A stretch of DNA of 36,571 nt from Candidatus Doudnabacteria bacterium RIFCSPHIGHO2_02_FULL_42_25 (GTDB lineage: Bacteria; Patescibacteriota; Doudnabacteria; UBA920; O2-02-FULL-48-8): positions 90,309 through 126,879 of the forward strand of contig MFEQ01000006.1 in assembly GCA_001777665.1 (NCBI GenBank), read 5' to 3'. The notes under the pieces were generated by a model. It saw nothing but the letters and a program-made list of their open reading frames with translations, made no database searches and was not told where the DNA came from. Of the stretch, positions 9,632 to 19,248 are shown piece after piece. The translations under genes and the position numbers were made by a program. Within the stretch, counting starts at the first letter, position 1. Each line of letters starts with the position of its first letter.

Positions 9632-9657
9632 TTGATTTTAATTAATAATATTTTTAT

Positions 9658-9758
9658 AACCATTTCGAGCGAGCGATGCGAGGGAGAAATCGCTCTCCGA
9701 GGGTGACCCTCGTAGGAGGGATCTCTCCCCCGGATCAAGTCCGGGGTCGAGATGGGTT
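9658..9758. repeat. REP-like composite palindrome overlapping the fba stop codon
   Basis: AACCATTTCGA...TCGAGATGGGTT ends; internal GGGAGAAATC/GATCTCTCCC, CGAGGGTGACCCTCG and CCCCGGATCAAGTCCGGGG hairpins. Confidence 0.65.
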
Positions 9759-10652
9759 AACTCTAAAACCTTTTGCTTTTCCACTCGTATACATTAACTT
9801 CAGCTTAGCTTCCGCGGCTTTACTCAAAGCTTCAGTGGCAGGGGCAAGTATCTTTCTCGGATCATAAACCTCGACATGTTTTTTTAAATTATCTCGAAGC
9901 GCTTTATTAAACGCTACTCGCAAATCAGTGTCGATGTTAAACACAGCTACTCCATGCTTAATCGCGGCTCGAATCTGTTTATCTGGGACACCGGAAGCTC
10001 CATGCATGACAAGAGGAATTTTTACTTTTTTTCTAATTGCTTTTACTCGGTCGATGTCGACATGTTCTTTAAGGGTGCTTAAAACTTTTTTGATCCGAGG
10101 ATCTACCGGAATACCGTGAACGGATCCGACTGCTATCGCCAACGTATCGATACGAGTGTCTCTGACAAATTCGGCAGCTTGGTCAGGATCAGTCATGAGA
10201 TCATCCCCACTTTTTACGTTCTGCCAATCTTCATTGCCTAAAATTCTTCCTAGTTCAGCCTGGACCCAGACTCCTCGGCGATGCGCGTAGCTAACCACGG
10301 CTTTCGTTAACTTCAAATTTTCTTTGTACGGTAAATGCGAGGCATCAACCATCACTGAACTATACCCGAGACTGATCAATTTTTTTATCAGATTAAAATC
10401 ATGACAATGATCTTGGTGGAGTGCGACTGGAATCTTCGCTTCTCTAGCAAAAGCTTTATTTAAACCCACTAATTCATCAATCCCTGCATACTCGAGAGCA
10501 CCGACAGAAGTTTGAACGATCACCGGCGCTTTTTGCTTCTCTGCAGCTCTGATTATCCCTTGCGTCATTTCGAGATCAGAAGTATTGAATGCTGGGATCG
10601 CATATTTCCCAAGCATATTTGGAGTTACAATTCGGCCAATATGTACCAGCAT
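9735..10652 (-). CDS. fba: Class II fructose-bisphosphate aldolase
   Basis: ALHQDH, SSVMVDAS, AELG, LAIAVGSVHG, LVMHGASG, NIDTD, YDPRK. Confidence 0.93.
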   Translation of the reverse strand: MLVHIGRIVTPNMLGKYAIPAFNTSDLEMTQGIIRAAEKQKAPVIVQTSVGALEYAGIDELVGLNKAFAREAKIPVALHQDHCHDFNLIKKLISLGYSSVMVDASHLPYKENLKLTKAVVSYAHRRGVWVQAELGRILGNEDWQNVKSGDDLMTDPDQAAEFVRDTRIDTLAIAVGSVHGIPVDPRIKKVLSTLKEHVDIDRVKAIRKKVKIPLVMHGASGVPDKQIRAAIKHGVAVFNIDTDLRVAFNKALRDNLKKHVEVYDPRKILAPATEALSKAAEAKLKLMYTSGKAKGFRVNPSRPRT

Positions 10653-10859
10653 CTAAAACCTGGCTCCTGCTTTGAGAACTTCGAAGATGCCTGGGATGGA
10701 TTTTGCTCCTTTGGTATCACAAACTGCATACGCGATGTGATACTCGCAATCCCATTTTTTATCCGCTTCCACATTTTTTATTCCACGCCAGTATAAAAAT
10801 AGTAAAACAGCGACGATGACTAAAATTAATTTTGTTCGGTATCTTTTGCGGAGTAACAT
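10653..10859 (-). CDS. Small membrane-anchored hypothetical protein
   Basis: Basic N-terminus, TM segment, two Cys; abuts both neighbours (0-1 nt gaps). Confidence 0.7.
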   Translation of the reverse strand: MLLRKRYRTKLILVIVAVLLFLYWRGIKNVEADKKWDCEYHIAYAVCDTKGAKSIPGIFEVLKAGARF

Positions 10860-10860
10860 T

Positions 10861-11844
10861 TTATTTATTGTATTCTTTCGCTTTAAATTTTGGATGCTTA
10901 CGTAGCCAGGATTCTATTTGAGATTTCGTCTGTAATCCTTTGTGCGGTCCTGTATACAGTGCTACATTACCGCCATTGATCGTCCCCCAGGCTATAGCTT
11001 CAGGAACTGTTTTCCCATGAAAAATCGCAGCAGTAAATGCTGTACCAAAGGCATCTCCAGCGCCCGTTGCTTCTATAAGTGGGCCGGGGAAATGATCTAA
11101 GAACCAAATATTGGTTCCGTTCGAAGCATAAGCACCTGCGCGACCATCAGTGATGACAGCAATTTTCACGCCCATTTTGTGCATACCATGCGCAAGTGAT
11201 CGAATAGCTCTGGTTGTTTGTTGGGTCACCAGCTGTGCTTCTTCGCGGTTCAAAAATAAAATTTCAGTGCGTTTATAAATGCCGCCTAGAGCTTTTTTGC
11301 CCATCCGCATTTGGAATGTTCCGGGATTAAAGGCTAATTTCACCGATTTATTTTTTTGTAAGTACCGATCAACTTCTTTGTGGAATTTTTCGGTTCCTTG
11401 AGCCATGGACGAAAAATAAACCCATTCTGTGCTCAAATTCGGCAGTGTATATTTAAATTTATTGTGCTTGAGTAGTATGGTTCGTTCGCCTTTGAACACC
11501 AAAACAAAATGATAATTAGTCGCTACACCTTTGTTGATACTAATATGGGATGTATCGACTTTTTCTTTCTTAAATTCGTTGAGAATATCTTGACCATGGG
11601 CGTCTTGACCGATGGCACCAATATAGGTACCTTTCATTCCGAGTCTGGACGAACCAATAGCATTGTTGGCTGAATTACCGCAAGCAGGAAGGACGATTAA
11701 ATTCTCGTAAGGAATTTTATTAGCATAAGAAAAACAGATCTGGCAATCCCCATGATTAATATTGCAATGCACCGAAGCCTCATGAACTTCAATAAAAGCA
11801 TCGATGGTTGTATCACCTATGGAAACAATATCAAATTTAGCCAT
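10861..11844 (-). CDS. PfkB/ribokinase-family carbohydrate kinase
   Basis: GNSANNAIGSSRLG, LFLNREEA, ITDGRAGA, ATGAGDAFG. Confidence 0.92.
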   Translation of the reverse strand: MAKFDIVSIGDTTIDAFIEVHEASVHCNINHGDCQICFSYANKIPYENLIVLPACGNSANNAIGSSRLGMKGTYIGAIGQDAHGQDILNEFKKEKVDTSHISINKGVATNYHFVLVFKGERTILLKHNKFKYTLPNLSTEWVYFSSMAQGTEKFHKEVDRYLQKNKSVKLAFNPGTFQMRMGKKALGGIYKRTEILFLNREEAQLVTQQTTRAIRSLAHGMHKMGVKIAVITDGRAGAYASNGTNIWFLDHFPGPLIEATGAGDAFGTAFTAAIFHGKTVPEAIAWGTINGGNVALYTGPHKGLQTKSQIESWLRKHPKFKAKEYNK

Positions 11845-11876
11845 TTTTGGTTTCTAAAAGCTTATTTTACGTCTTT

Positions 11877-11905
11877 ATTATAATGAAAACTTATCTTTTT
11901 GGCAA
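11877..11905 (-). promoter_or_regulatory. Sigma70 promoter upstream of the PfkB gene
   Basis: Minus strand TTGCCA-N17-TATAAT. Confidence 0.65.
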
Positions 11906-11960
11906 GAAAATTCCCCTCCTCGGTTCGAGAATAAAAACTGCTGTCTAATTCTAGTATCTA

Positions 11961-11993
11961 CCCCACCTAACCTCCCCTGCTCCAGGGGAGGAA
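11961..11993. repeat. C/G-run REP-like hairpin
   Basis: CCCCACCTAACCTCCCCTGCTCCAGGGGAGGAA; same style as 20965-21051. Confidence 0.55.
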
Positions 11994-12003
11994 CAACTGC
12001 ACG

Positions 12004-12978
12004 CTATTTTCTTTTTACTACTCTCTTTACAGCAGCAACTATAGCCTTCGCGTCCATTCCCCATTTGGCGATCAGTTCATTAGGTTCGCCGGATTCCCCG
12101 AATTTGTCAGGCATGCCCACAAACTCTTGGGGTACTGGCAAATTTCTACTTAAAGCTTCGGCCACCGCTGAGCCAACTCCACCTGTAATCTGATGTTCTT
12201 CTGCTGTGACAATGCATTTGGTTTTTTTAACTGATTCAACGAGGGTTTGTTCGTCTAGGGGCTTAACAGATGCCACGTTGATGACTTCGCATTCAATTCC
12301 TTCTTTGGTTAATTGATCAGCGGCTTGCAGGGCATAGTAAACTTGAGCGCCAGCTGCAGCGATCGTCACATCTTTGCCTTCGCGGTAAACAAAAGCTTTT
12401 CCGATTTCAAACGGGGTTTCTTCAGTAGTGAATTGAGGAGTTTTTTCTCTGGCCAATCGAATATAAACAGGCCCATTATGTTTGGCAGCTGCTAAAGTCG
12501 CTTTGCGAGCTTCAATTGCGTCTGCTGGGACTAATACCGTCATTCGCGGCAATACGCGCGTGATCGCGATATCTTCCATTCCTTGATGAGTAGCTCCATC
12601 TGGACCCACAGAAATACCTGCGTGCGAACCGACGATTTTGACATTGTTGCCAGAATAACAAATCGAAACGCGAATTTGGTCCCAATTTCTTCCCGGAGAA
12701 AATGTCGCGTAGGAAGTTATAAACGGAATATAGCCTTCGTGAGCAAATCCAGCACCCAGTCCGGCTAAATTCTGTTCTGCTACTCCGACTTCGATAAACC
12801 GATCAGGGTACTGTTTAGAAAATTCAAGCATTCTAGTGGATTCGGTAAGGTCGCAACAAAGTCCGATAACTTTCGGATTTTCTTTGCCTAATATCAAAAG
12901 GCCTTCCCCGTATCCATTTCGGATCGGGACTTGTTTGATATCAGGAGCAAATAAATTGTCTATGAGTTTGACTGTCAT
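12004..12978 (-). CDS. Transketolase C-terminal subunit
   Basis: EVGVAEQN, GPDGATHQ, GPVYIRLAR, AEEHQITGG. Confidence 0.93.
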   Translation of the reverse strand: MTVKLIDNLFAPDIKQVPIRNGYGEGLLILGKENPKVIGLCCDLTESTRMLEFSKQYPDRFIEVGVAEQNLAGLGAGFAHEGYIPFITSYATFSPGRNWDQIRVSICYSGNNVKIVGSHAGISVGPDGATHQGMEDIAITRVLPRMTVLVPADAIEARKATLAAAKHNGPVYIRLAREKTPQFTTEETPFEIGKAFVYREGKDVTIAAAGAQVYYALQAADQLTKEGIECEVINVASVKPLDEQTLVESVKKTKCIVTAEEHQITGGVGSAVAEALSRNLPVPQEFVGMPDKFGESGEPNELIAKWGMDAKAIVAAVKRVVKRK

Positions 12979-12984
12979 ATTAGT

Positions 12985-13049
12985 TCTACGAAAGTACGAA
13001 TTCTCGAATTACGAACTGTTCGTAGTTTCGCAATTTCGTATTTCGTAGA
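12985..13049. repeat. TACGAA x4 / TTCGTA x4 modular inverted repeat, copy 1
   Basis: TCTACGAAAGTACGAATTCTCGAATTACGAAC-T-GTTCGTAGTTTCGCAATTTCGTATTTCGTAGA. Confidence 0.85.
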
Positions 13050-13895
13050 TTATTCATGCTCACTCCTTATCTTCCCTCCAAGTGTTCTTAATTCATCCAA
13101 GGCTTTTTTGGCTTCATCTTTTTCAAAAACTTTACTATGCCATTCGTATCGATACTCCATGAAGTCCACACCTTTGCCGGGAATAGTGTGGCAAATAATT
13201 ACTGTGGGTTTTTCATAAATCGCTTTGGCTTGATTGCAAGCATCGATAATTTCGCGGATATTGTGACCATCAATTTCCAGGACATGCCAACCAAATGCCC
13301 TCCATTTATCAGCAAACGGCTCCAGCGGCATGATGTCTTCGGTATGACCGTCAATTTGAATGTTGTTGCGATCGATAAGTCCTGTTAGATTTCGCAGTTT
13401 GTATTTCGATGCAAACATCGCTGCTTCCCAAGTTTGTCCTTCTTCTTGTTCCCCGTCACTCATGACGCAGTAAACTCGCCAGGGCTGTTTTTTTAAAATC
13501 AAACCTGCATAAGCCATGGCTGCTGCTTGCGATAAACCTTGGCCCAGCGGGCCAGAAGAGTTTTCAATCCCAGGTAGAGCTTCATTGTGTGGATGCCCAT
13601 GAAGGCGTGTGCCTAATTTTCGAAGTGTCGCTAATTCACTAGTGGGGAAAAATCCGGCATGTGCCATAGTCGCATACCACACAGGGTTAATATGCCCGCA
13701 AGAAAGTACAAATCTGTCCCGACTCTCCATCTGAGGGTTCTTCGGATCATAGTTCATTACTCCGAAGTAAAGCGCAGTAAATACGTCGGCCATATCCAAA
13801 GGCCCGGCAACATGTCCTGATTTGGCGGAGACAAGCATCCTGATGATGTCTTGTCTGATTTCATTCGCTTTGAGTTCGAGCTGTTCTAAGTTCAT
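13050..13895 (-). CDS. Transketolase N-terminal (TPP-binding) subunit
   Basis: RDRFVLSCGH, LHGHP, GPLGQGLS, SDGEQEEG, DRNNIQIDG. Confidence 0.94.
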   Translation of the reverse strand: MNLEQLELKANEIRQDIIRMLVSAKSGHVAGPLDMADVFTALYFGVMNYDPKNPQMESRDRFVLSCGHINPVWYATMAHAGFFPTSELATLRKLGTRLHGHPHNEALPGIENSSGPLGQGLSQAAAMAYAGLILKKQPWRVYCVMSDGEQEEGQTWEAAMFASKYKLRNLTGLIDRNNIQIDGHTEDIMPLEPFADKWRAFGWHVLEIDGHNIREIIDACNQAKAIYEKPTVIICHTIPGKGVDFMEYRYEWHSKVFEKDEAKKALDELRTLGGKIRSEHE

Positions 13896-13905
13896 AAGGG
13901 GAATA

Positions 13906-14559
13906 TTATAATTCTATATCTTTTCTAAGACTTTCCAAAGCTTCTTGCTCATTCGGGCTTTGTAAAATACTGGAACCAGCCACTATAATATTTGCTCCGG
14001 CTTCAGCCACATCATGCGCAACACCAACTTTCACGCCGCCATCTACAACTATAATTAAAGTTTTAGACAAAGATCTTAATTCCTCAACCTTATCTATTAT
14101 TGAAGGAATAAACTCCCGCCCCTGTGCCCCTGGATGAATTCCCATGACCTGGACCATGTCTACTTTCTGTAAATATTTTCCTAATCGGTGGACCGCTGTT
14201 TCGGGATTGATCGCTATTCCGATCTGAAAACCCAAATTTTTTCCGTGCGCAATGACTTGATCCATATCTGGTTCATCCACTGCTTCATAATGAAATATAA
14301 CTTGCTTGAATCCTATTTCTTTAGCTTTCTCAAAATATTGTTGTGGCATCATGGTCATAAAATGAGCCATGAGAATCAAAGGCGAAGATTTTAGGAAATC
14401 CAATGCATCGGGCATGACAGTGGTTCGATCGACAAACACATCATCCATAAAGTCCACGTGTAGAATCCGAAAATACTGACTTAATCCAAATAGATCTGAA
14501 TACTTTTTTCTGAAATCTGATATATCATTAGTGAGTATCGCTGGTGCTAATTCTGTCAT
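13906..14559 (-). CDS. rpe: Ribulose-phosphate 3-epimerase
   Basis: APAIL, LHVDFMD, HFM, AINPET, MGIHPGAQG, VDGGV, AGSSI. Confidence 0.9.
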   Translation of the reverse strand: MTELAPAILTNDISDFRKKYSDLFGLSQYFRILHVDFMDDVFVDRTTVMPDALDFLKSSPLILMAHFMTMMPQQYFEKAKEIGFKQVIFHYEAVDEPDMDQVIAHGKNLGFQIGIAINPETAVHRLGKYLQKVDMVQVMGIHPGAQGREFIPSIIDKVEELRSLSKTLIIVVDGGVKVGVAHDVAEAGANIIVAGSSILQSPNEQEALESLRKDIEL

Positions 14560-15005
14560 AAATTAATATCGATCTTTCGGACTTTGTTGACTCGTCGCAA
14601 GAACCGTTCTTCTTTTGCAAATGGCGTGGTTAAGAAAGTTTGGACAATATTTTTAGCTAAATCAAGAGTTGTATAATCTGCCGCCAGACACAAAATATTG
14701 ACATCATCGTCATTCCGCGCTGCATGAGCTGATTTTTCGTTCCAGGCCACTGCGGCTCGAGCGCCCTTCGCCTTGTTGGCAACGATACATTCCCCCTGAC
14801 CTGATCGGCAAATCAAAATTCCAAATGAACCATGTTCGTGCCCGACTTTCACTGCCACAGGCCAGGCAAAATCCGGATAATCATCCTCGGGGTCAAACTT
14901 GTCATTTCCAAAATCCTCATAGCTGTGCCCCCATTCTTTCAGCCAATTTTTGATTTCTTCTTTTAATTTGTAACCCCCATGATCAGCTCCTAGGTAAACT
15001 TTCAT
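14556..15005 (-). CDS. rpiB: Ribose-5-phosphate isomerase B
   Basis: GADHGGYKLKE, DDYPDFA, GILICRSGQG, ANK, NILCL. Confidence 0.92.
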   Translation of the reverse strand: MKVYLGADHGGYKLKEEIKNWLKEWGHSYEDFGNDKFDPEDDYPDFAWPVAVKVGHEHGSFGILICRSGQGECIVANKAKGARAAVAWNEKSAHAARNDDDVNILCLAADYTTLDLAKNIVQTFLTTPFAKEERFLRRVNKVRKIDINL

Positions 15006-15778
15006 TTATGTACACTTTCTCGATTAAATTCCGTGACTACTTGCCAGAAATTATCTGAATCCAAACTGGCTGCCCCGACCAATGCACCATCAATTTCCGG
15101 ATATTTAGCATACTCGTGAACGTTATCTTTGTTTACAGTACCACCGTACAACACTCTGATGTTTCTCGCAACTCCTTTGGCCAATTTTTTCTCCAGTAAA
15201 CTATAGATGTGATTAATTAATTCCAAAGCGTGTTCACCTGTTGCAGGATACGAATGCCTGGAAGTGGATATACTCCAAGTCGGTTCATAAACATAAATAA
15301 TATTTTCTAATTCTTTCGGTTCTAAATGTTTCGTAACTTTATTAAATTGTTTGGTCACGATAGCTTTCATTTCGTCCTTCGTTGCATCTTCTTCTGCACC
15401 CAAACATACTATAGGGGTCAGTTTATATTTCAGGGCAGTAAAAATTTTCGCATTGACTATTGAGTCTGTTTCGCCTAAATTTAACCGCCTCTCGGAGTGG
15501 CCCAGTATAACATAATTAGCTTTCCATTGTTTGACTTGAGACGCTGAAATCTCACCCGTCATGGCCCCATGTTCGACCCAACTGATATTTTGGGCTCCTA
15601 GCGAAAGGTGGTGCGTGTAGTGGCTTAATGCTGGCAAATATACAAATGGCGCGCAAATCACTACTTCAACATTATCAACCACTGAAGACATACGGTGCTC
15701 AATCGCAGACACCAAATGCCTAGCCTCTTCCACAGTCTGCGGGTTCATTTTCCAGTTGGCAATAATTAATTTCTTCAT
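15002..15778 (-). CDS. tpiA: Triosephosphate isomerase
   Basis: ANWKMN, GAMTGEIS, LGHSERR, YEPTW, LYGG, DGALVG. Confidence 0.93.
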   Translation of the reverse strand: MKKLIIANWKMNPQTVEEARHLVSAIEHRMSSVVDNVEVVICAPFVYLPALSHYTHHLSLGAQNISWVEHGAMTGEISASQVKQWKANYVILGHSERRLNLGETDSIVNAKIFTALKYKLTPIVCLGAEEDATKDEMKAIVTKQFNKVTKHLEPKELENIIYVYEPTWSISTSRHSYPATGEHALELINHIYSLLEKKLAKGVARNIRVLYGGTVNKDNVHEYAKYPEIDGALVGAASLDSDNFWQVVTEFNRESVHK

Positions 15779-15779
15779 C

Positions 15780-16778
15780 TTATTTCTGCCTAAATATGTC
15801 GGCGGACATTTCGGGCAATACTGTGTTTACGTAGACGTCACTTCCGAGTTCAAATCCACCCCAAACGTTTAATCGAGGCAATATTTCTAGATGCCAATGA
15901 TAGCTTCGCTCGTCATAGCGAGAAAGTAATGAATGCGAAATTGGCAAAGAATGAATGTAGTAATTATATGCTGGATTATTCAGTTTATAGTGAAGCTTCT
16001 GGAGTACAATTTTTAAAACTAAACCCAACGATTTTCTTTCTTTAGCCGTAATTTCCATAAAACTGGCTTGGTGACGTTTCGGGATAATTCGCATCGCGTA
16101 CGGCACTCTAGCGGCAAACGGCGCAAATACCAGAAAGTCTTCATTGTCCAAAATAATTCGTTCCCGATCCGAAATTTCTTTGAGAATCATTTCGCAATAA
16201 ATGCATGCCCCTTCAGATTTAAAAAAAACATAACATCCAGTAACCTCGTCATGTAAATGTTCCGGAACAAAAGGTGTCGCAAAAATTTGTGAATGAGGAT
16301 GAATAAGCGAAGCTCCTCCAGCGAAACCGTGATTTTGCAAGATATGCACATATTCGACTTCGGAATGATTGGATAATTCTGTCATTCGCTCTTGATAGAC
16401 TTTCAAATTTAAATCCATAAGTTCATCAGATAAAAAACCGGTCAAAACATTGTGTGGACGAGTAACGACCACTTCGTGATCTCCAATTCCTTCACGGACT
16501 CGATAAAAGTCCGATCGTTCACGACCACCCGAATGCCCTAGTGCTTCAAACTTATTCAGGATTACTCTCACTTTCCAGTTCTTGCCCTTCGGATGAGCGG
16601 CAACTTCCAAATTAAATTCTTCTTTCCCAGCACAAAACGGACAAGTTATGTCGTGTTCGGGAACGGTTTTTGGATTTGGAGTCGCCGGGGCATGCTTAAA
16701 ATCCTCTGGTCTTGAGGCTCTATTTGGAGCAAATAATACCCAGTGTTGGGAGACGATATCTTGTCGAAATTCAGACAA
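15780..16778 (-). CDS. galT: Galactose-1-phosphate uridylyltransferase family (HIT superfamily)
   Basis: RASRP, CPFC, GASLIHPHSQ, CIYC, YHWHLEILPR, GGFELG; TTG start. Confidence 0.9.
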   Translation of the reverse strand: MSEFRQDIVSQHWVLFAPNRASRPEDFKHAPATPNPKTVPEHDITCPFCAGKEEFNLEVAAHPKGKNWKVRVILNKFEALGHSGGRERSDFYRVREGIGDHEVVVTRPHNVLTGFLSDELMDLNLKVYQERMTELSNHSEVEYVHILQNHGFAGGASLIHPHSQIFATPFVPEHLHDEVTGCYVFFKSEGACIYCEMILKEISDRERIILDNEDFLVFAPFAARVPYAMRIIPKRHQASFMEITAKERKSLGLVLKIVLQKLHYKLNNPAYNYYIHSLPISHSLLSRYDERSYHWHLEILPRLNVWGGFELGSDVYVNTVLPEMSADIFRQK

Positions 16779-16782
16779 ATGT

Positions 16783-17304
16783 TTACTTAGTTATAAAATG
16801 AAATGTTAACAAAACTGGTCGCATCAAATTTTCTGTGCCGTTCACAACATACAATTTCTTGTTGTGCGTTGCCATGATTATGATCTCACTGTGTCCTCCG
16901 CCCAAATCATTTACTAATCGCGTCGCAATAATCCCACCAAGTGTCGTGTTAGTTTCAGATATTATTTTAAGATTTTTTCGGATTCCGACAGATGAACTCG
17001 GATCTGCGACGGTCACCGTGACACCACTGTCTGATAATTCTGGAGGTAGGAATGTCACGCTAGAGGCTTCAGCCTCAATAGCCCAGTCTGCCGGGTACCT
17101 GACTCCAAATCCCAATCTGGAATCGCTGTAACTATGGAAGGAAGAAAAAACACTATCAGCTTCACTGGAAATGTTTAGATCAGAAATCTTGATATAACTA
17201 ATCAAAGCTAAAGCAACGATCAAGGCATAAGCCAGCGCCCAGATCAACCACCGGTTATGATGGATTTTTATTTTATGTAGATGGTATAGTTTTCTTTTTG
17301 CCAT
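16783..17304 (-). CDS. Membrane-anchored PsbP-like hypothetical protein
   Basis: N-terminal TM segment followed by YSDSRLGFGVRYPADW. Confidence 0.7.
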   Translation of the reverse strand: MAKRKLYHLHKIKIHHNRWLIWALAYALIVALALISYIKISDLNISSEADSVFSSFHSYSDSRLGFGVRYPADWAIEAEASSVTFLPPELSDSGVTVTVADPSSSVGIRKNLKIISETNTTLGGIIATRLVNDLGGGHSEIIIMATHNKKLYVVNGTENLMRPVLLTFHFITK

Positions 17305-17311
17305 TTTGTTT

Positions 17312-17327
17312 TCCGCCAGCTGGCGGA
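17312..17327. repeat. Perfect 16-bp palindrome, REP-like
   Basis: TCCGCCAGCTGGCGGA in an AT-rich spacer. Confidence 0.6.
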
Positions 17328-17338
17328 TTAATTAATTA

Positions 17339-17626
17339 TTATGTAAATTTAACACTAATCAAATATAATCCTACAGTCCCTCCTAAAAGAATAATGAAAT
17401 ATGTAAAAATATTGCTTTGGGCTCGATGTAATAATTTGGTCCAGAAATATATAATAAATGATAAAATTGCTAATCCGATCAGGAGACCGGCATTGACTTT
17501 TTCGTCAAAAATAAATGCCAAAAATATGTTAACAAAGAAGTAACCAACTGCAAGCCACACCAGTCTATTTTCATCGATATAGCGGGCGAATGTCGCTAGG
17601 ATGAACAGAAAAAGTATATCTATCAT
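17339..17626 (-). CDS. Small multi-pass membrane protein
   Basis: 3-4 hydrophobic segments; ATGA-type overlap with the ruvX stop region. Confidence 0.7.
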   Translation of the reverse strand: MIDILFLFILATFARYIDENRLVWLAVGYFFVNIFLAFIFDEKVNAGLLIGLAILSFIIYFWTKLLHRAQSNIFTYFIILLGGTVGLYLISVKFT

Positions 17627-18027
17627 TTATTTGTGTCTAAATATTGCTGCAGCATAATTTGGGCTGCGATATTATCTTTAATTGTCCTCTGTTTCTTTTC
17701 TTTCATTCCAGCCTCGTGTAATTTATTCCTTGCTTGAACTGACGAAAACCTTTCATCGACTAATTCAAATTTGCAACTGGTGTACTCCTTTAGGATTCTT
17801 ACAAAATCTTCAACTCGGGTAGCGCTGGCGGCTCGGTCGCCCGATAAATTTTTCGGGTTCCCGATTATGATTTTTTCTACATCTAGATCCGTAATAATTT
17901 TTTTAATTTCAGATACTGCGACTTTTGCATCAATCACTTTATCTAAAGGAAATGCGATTGTAGCTTCTGGATCAGAAATAGCAGCACCGATTCTTACATC
18001 ACCCCAATCTAACGCTAAAATTCTCAT
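17623..18027 (-). CDS. ruvX: RuvX/YqgF-family nuclease
   Basis: ILALDWGDVRIGAAISD, IIIGNP, VDERFSS, DNIAAQIMLQ. Confidence 0.93.
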   Translation of the reverse strand: MRILALDWGDVRIGAAISDPEATIAFPLDKVIDAKVAVSEIKKIITDLDVEKIIIGNPKNLSGDRAASATRVEDFVRILKEYTSCKFELVDERFSSVQARNKLHEAGMKEKKQRTIKDNIAAQIMLQQYLDTNK

Positions 18028-19226
18028 TTAGACTCACCCAATGTTACCGTGATTGTTTTTTCTTCACCACGGCTCAAAATCTTCATTGTGACCTGATCAT
18101 CAGGGTTAAAATTCTTTAATTCAGCAGCTAAACTGTTTTCCTGCTCGATCTTTTTGCCGTTGATTTCCAAAATAATGTCATTCTCGCGAAGCCCGGCTTT
18201 ATCAGCAGCTGAACCGGGTATGACTGCTGGGTTGGAAGGAGTGCCTCCAGATACAATTAAAGCTCCATAATCGACTTCTAAATTATTTTCTTCCTTCAGA
18301 GTCTGATTAATCAAAACATAGCGGATTCCTAAGAAAGGTTTAACAATTCGTCCAAATTTTCGAAAACTATCTAAGTCTCGTTTCGCATCATTAATCGGTA
18401 TCGCAAATCCCAAGAGCTGGCCTTGAGAATCAATGGCAGTATTAATCCCAATCACAGAGCCGCCGATATCTAATAATGGTCCACCAGAATTCCCTGGATT
18501 AATGGCAGCATCTGTTTGAATTACTCCTTCTAGCTGTTCTGCAGTACTGCCTCCACTCGCTGTTATAGACCTCCCAATCCCAGAAACCACTCCAGTCGTA
18601 ACTGTATTTTGGTATTGGCCCAGTGAATTACCAATCGCAATAACTGATTGGCCGATTTCTAAGTTGGCGGAATCTCCGAGTATTAAAGTCGGCAACCCGC
18701 TGGCGTCAATCTTGACTAAAGCAATATCATTTACCGGATCCCTGGAAAGAACTGTCGCGTCGTATTTTTTTCCATCAGTGGTTAGAACTGTGTACGTTGC
18801 TGTCGTATCTTCGACCACATGTTTGTTGGTCATGATCAATCCGTCATCAGTTATAATAAATCCGGTACCACCTCCGATTTCTTGAACGTCGGGTATCGGC
18901 CCAAAATTGAACGGCGAAGTAGAATAACCTGGAATTTTATTTAAATCTTTCGAGACTATGATCGAAACCACCGCTGGTGAAGATTTATTTACGACATCGA
19001 TCACTGCGGAGCTCTCGTCGACAGACACGGTTCGTACATCGCCCAAAGATGTTATAGAAAGTCCTCTCTCACCGAGGAAAGCTGATCCAAAAACCGCGCC
19101 TGCTATCCCAAAAAGAAAACTCAATAAAGCCACCACGCCCAATAATTTCAGGTGGTTCTGGTCTGATTTATCCGAAACTTCCGAAAAGCTCGGAAGTAAA
19201 CTTTTATCCTCGTTAGAATTGCTCAT
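18024..19226 (-). CDS. htrA: HtrA/DegP-family serine protease with one PDZ domain
   Basis: GTGFII, TNKHVV, DIAL, IQTDAAINPGNSGGPL, C-terminal PDZ; N-terminal TM. Confidence 0.93.
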   Translation of the reverse strand: MSNSNEDKSLLPSFSEVSDKSDQNHLKLLGVVALLSFLFGIAGAVFGSAFLGERGLSITSLGDVRTVSVDESSAVIDVVNKSSPAVVSIIVSKDLNKIPGYSTSPFNFGPIPDVQEIGGGTGFIITDDGLIMTNKHVVEDTTATYTVLTTDGKKYDATVLSRDPVNDIALVKIDASGLPTLILGDSANLEIGQSVIAIGNSLGQYQNTVTTGVVSGIGRSITASGGSTAEQLEGVIQTDAAINPGNSGGPLLDIGGSVIGINTAIDSQGQLLGFAIPINDAKRDLDSFRKFGRIVKPFLGIRYVLINQTLKEENNLEVDYGALIVSGGTPSNPAVIPGSAADKAGLRENDIILEINGKKIEQENSLAAELKNFNPDDQVTMKILSRGEEKTITVTLGESK

Positions 19227-19248
19227 CGTGCCTATATTATACCATATT

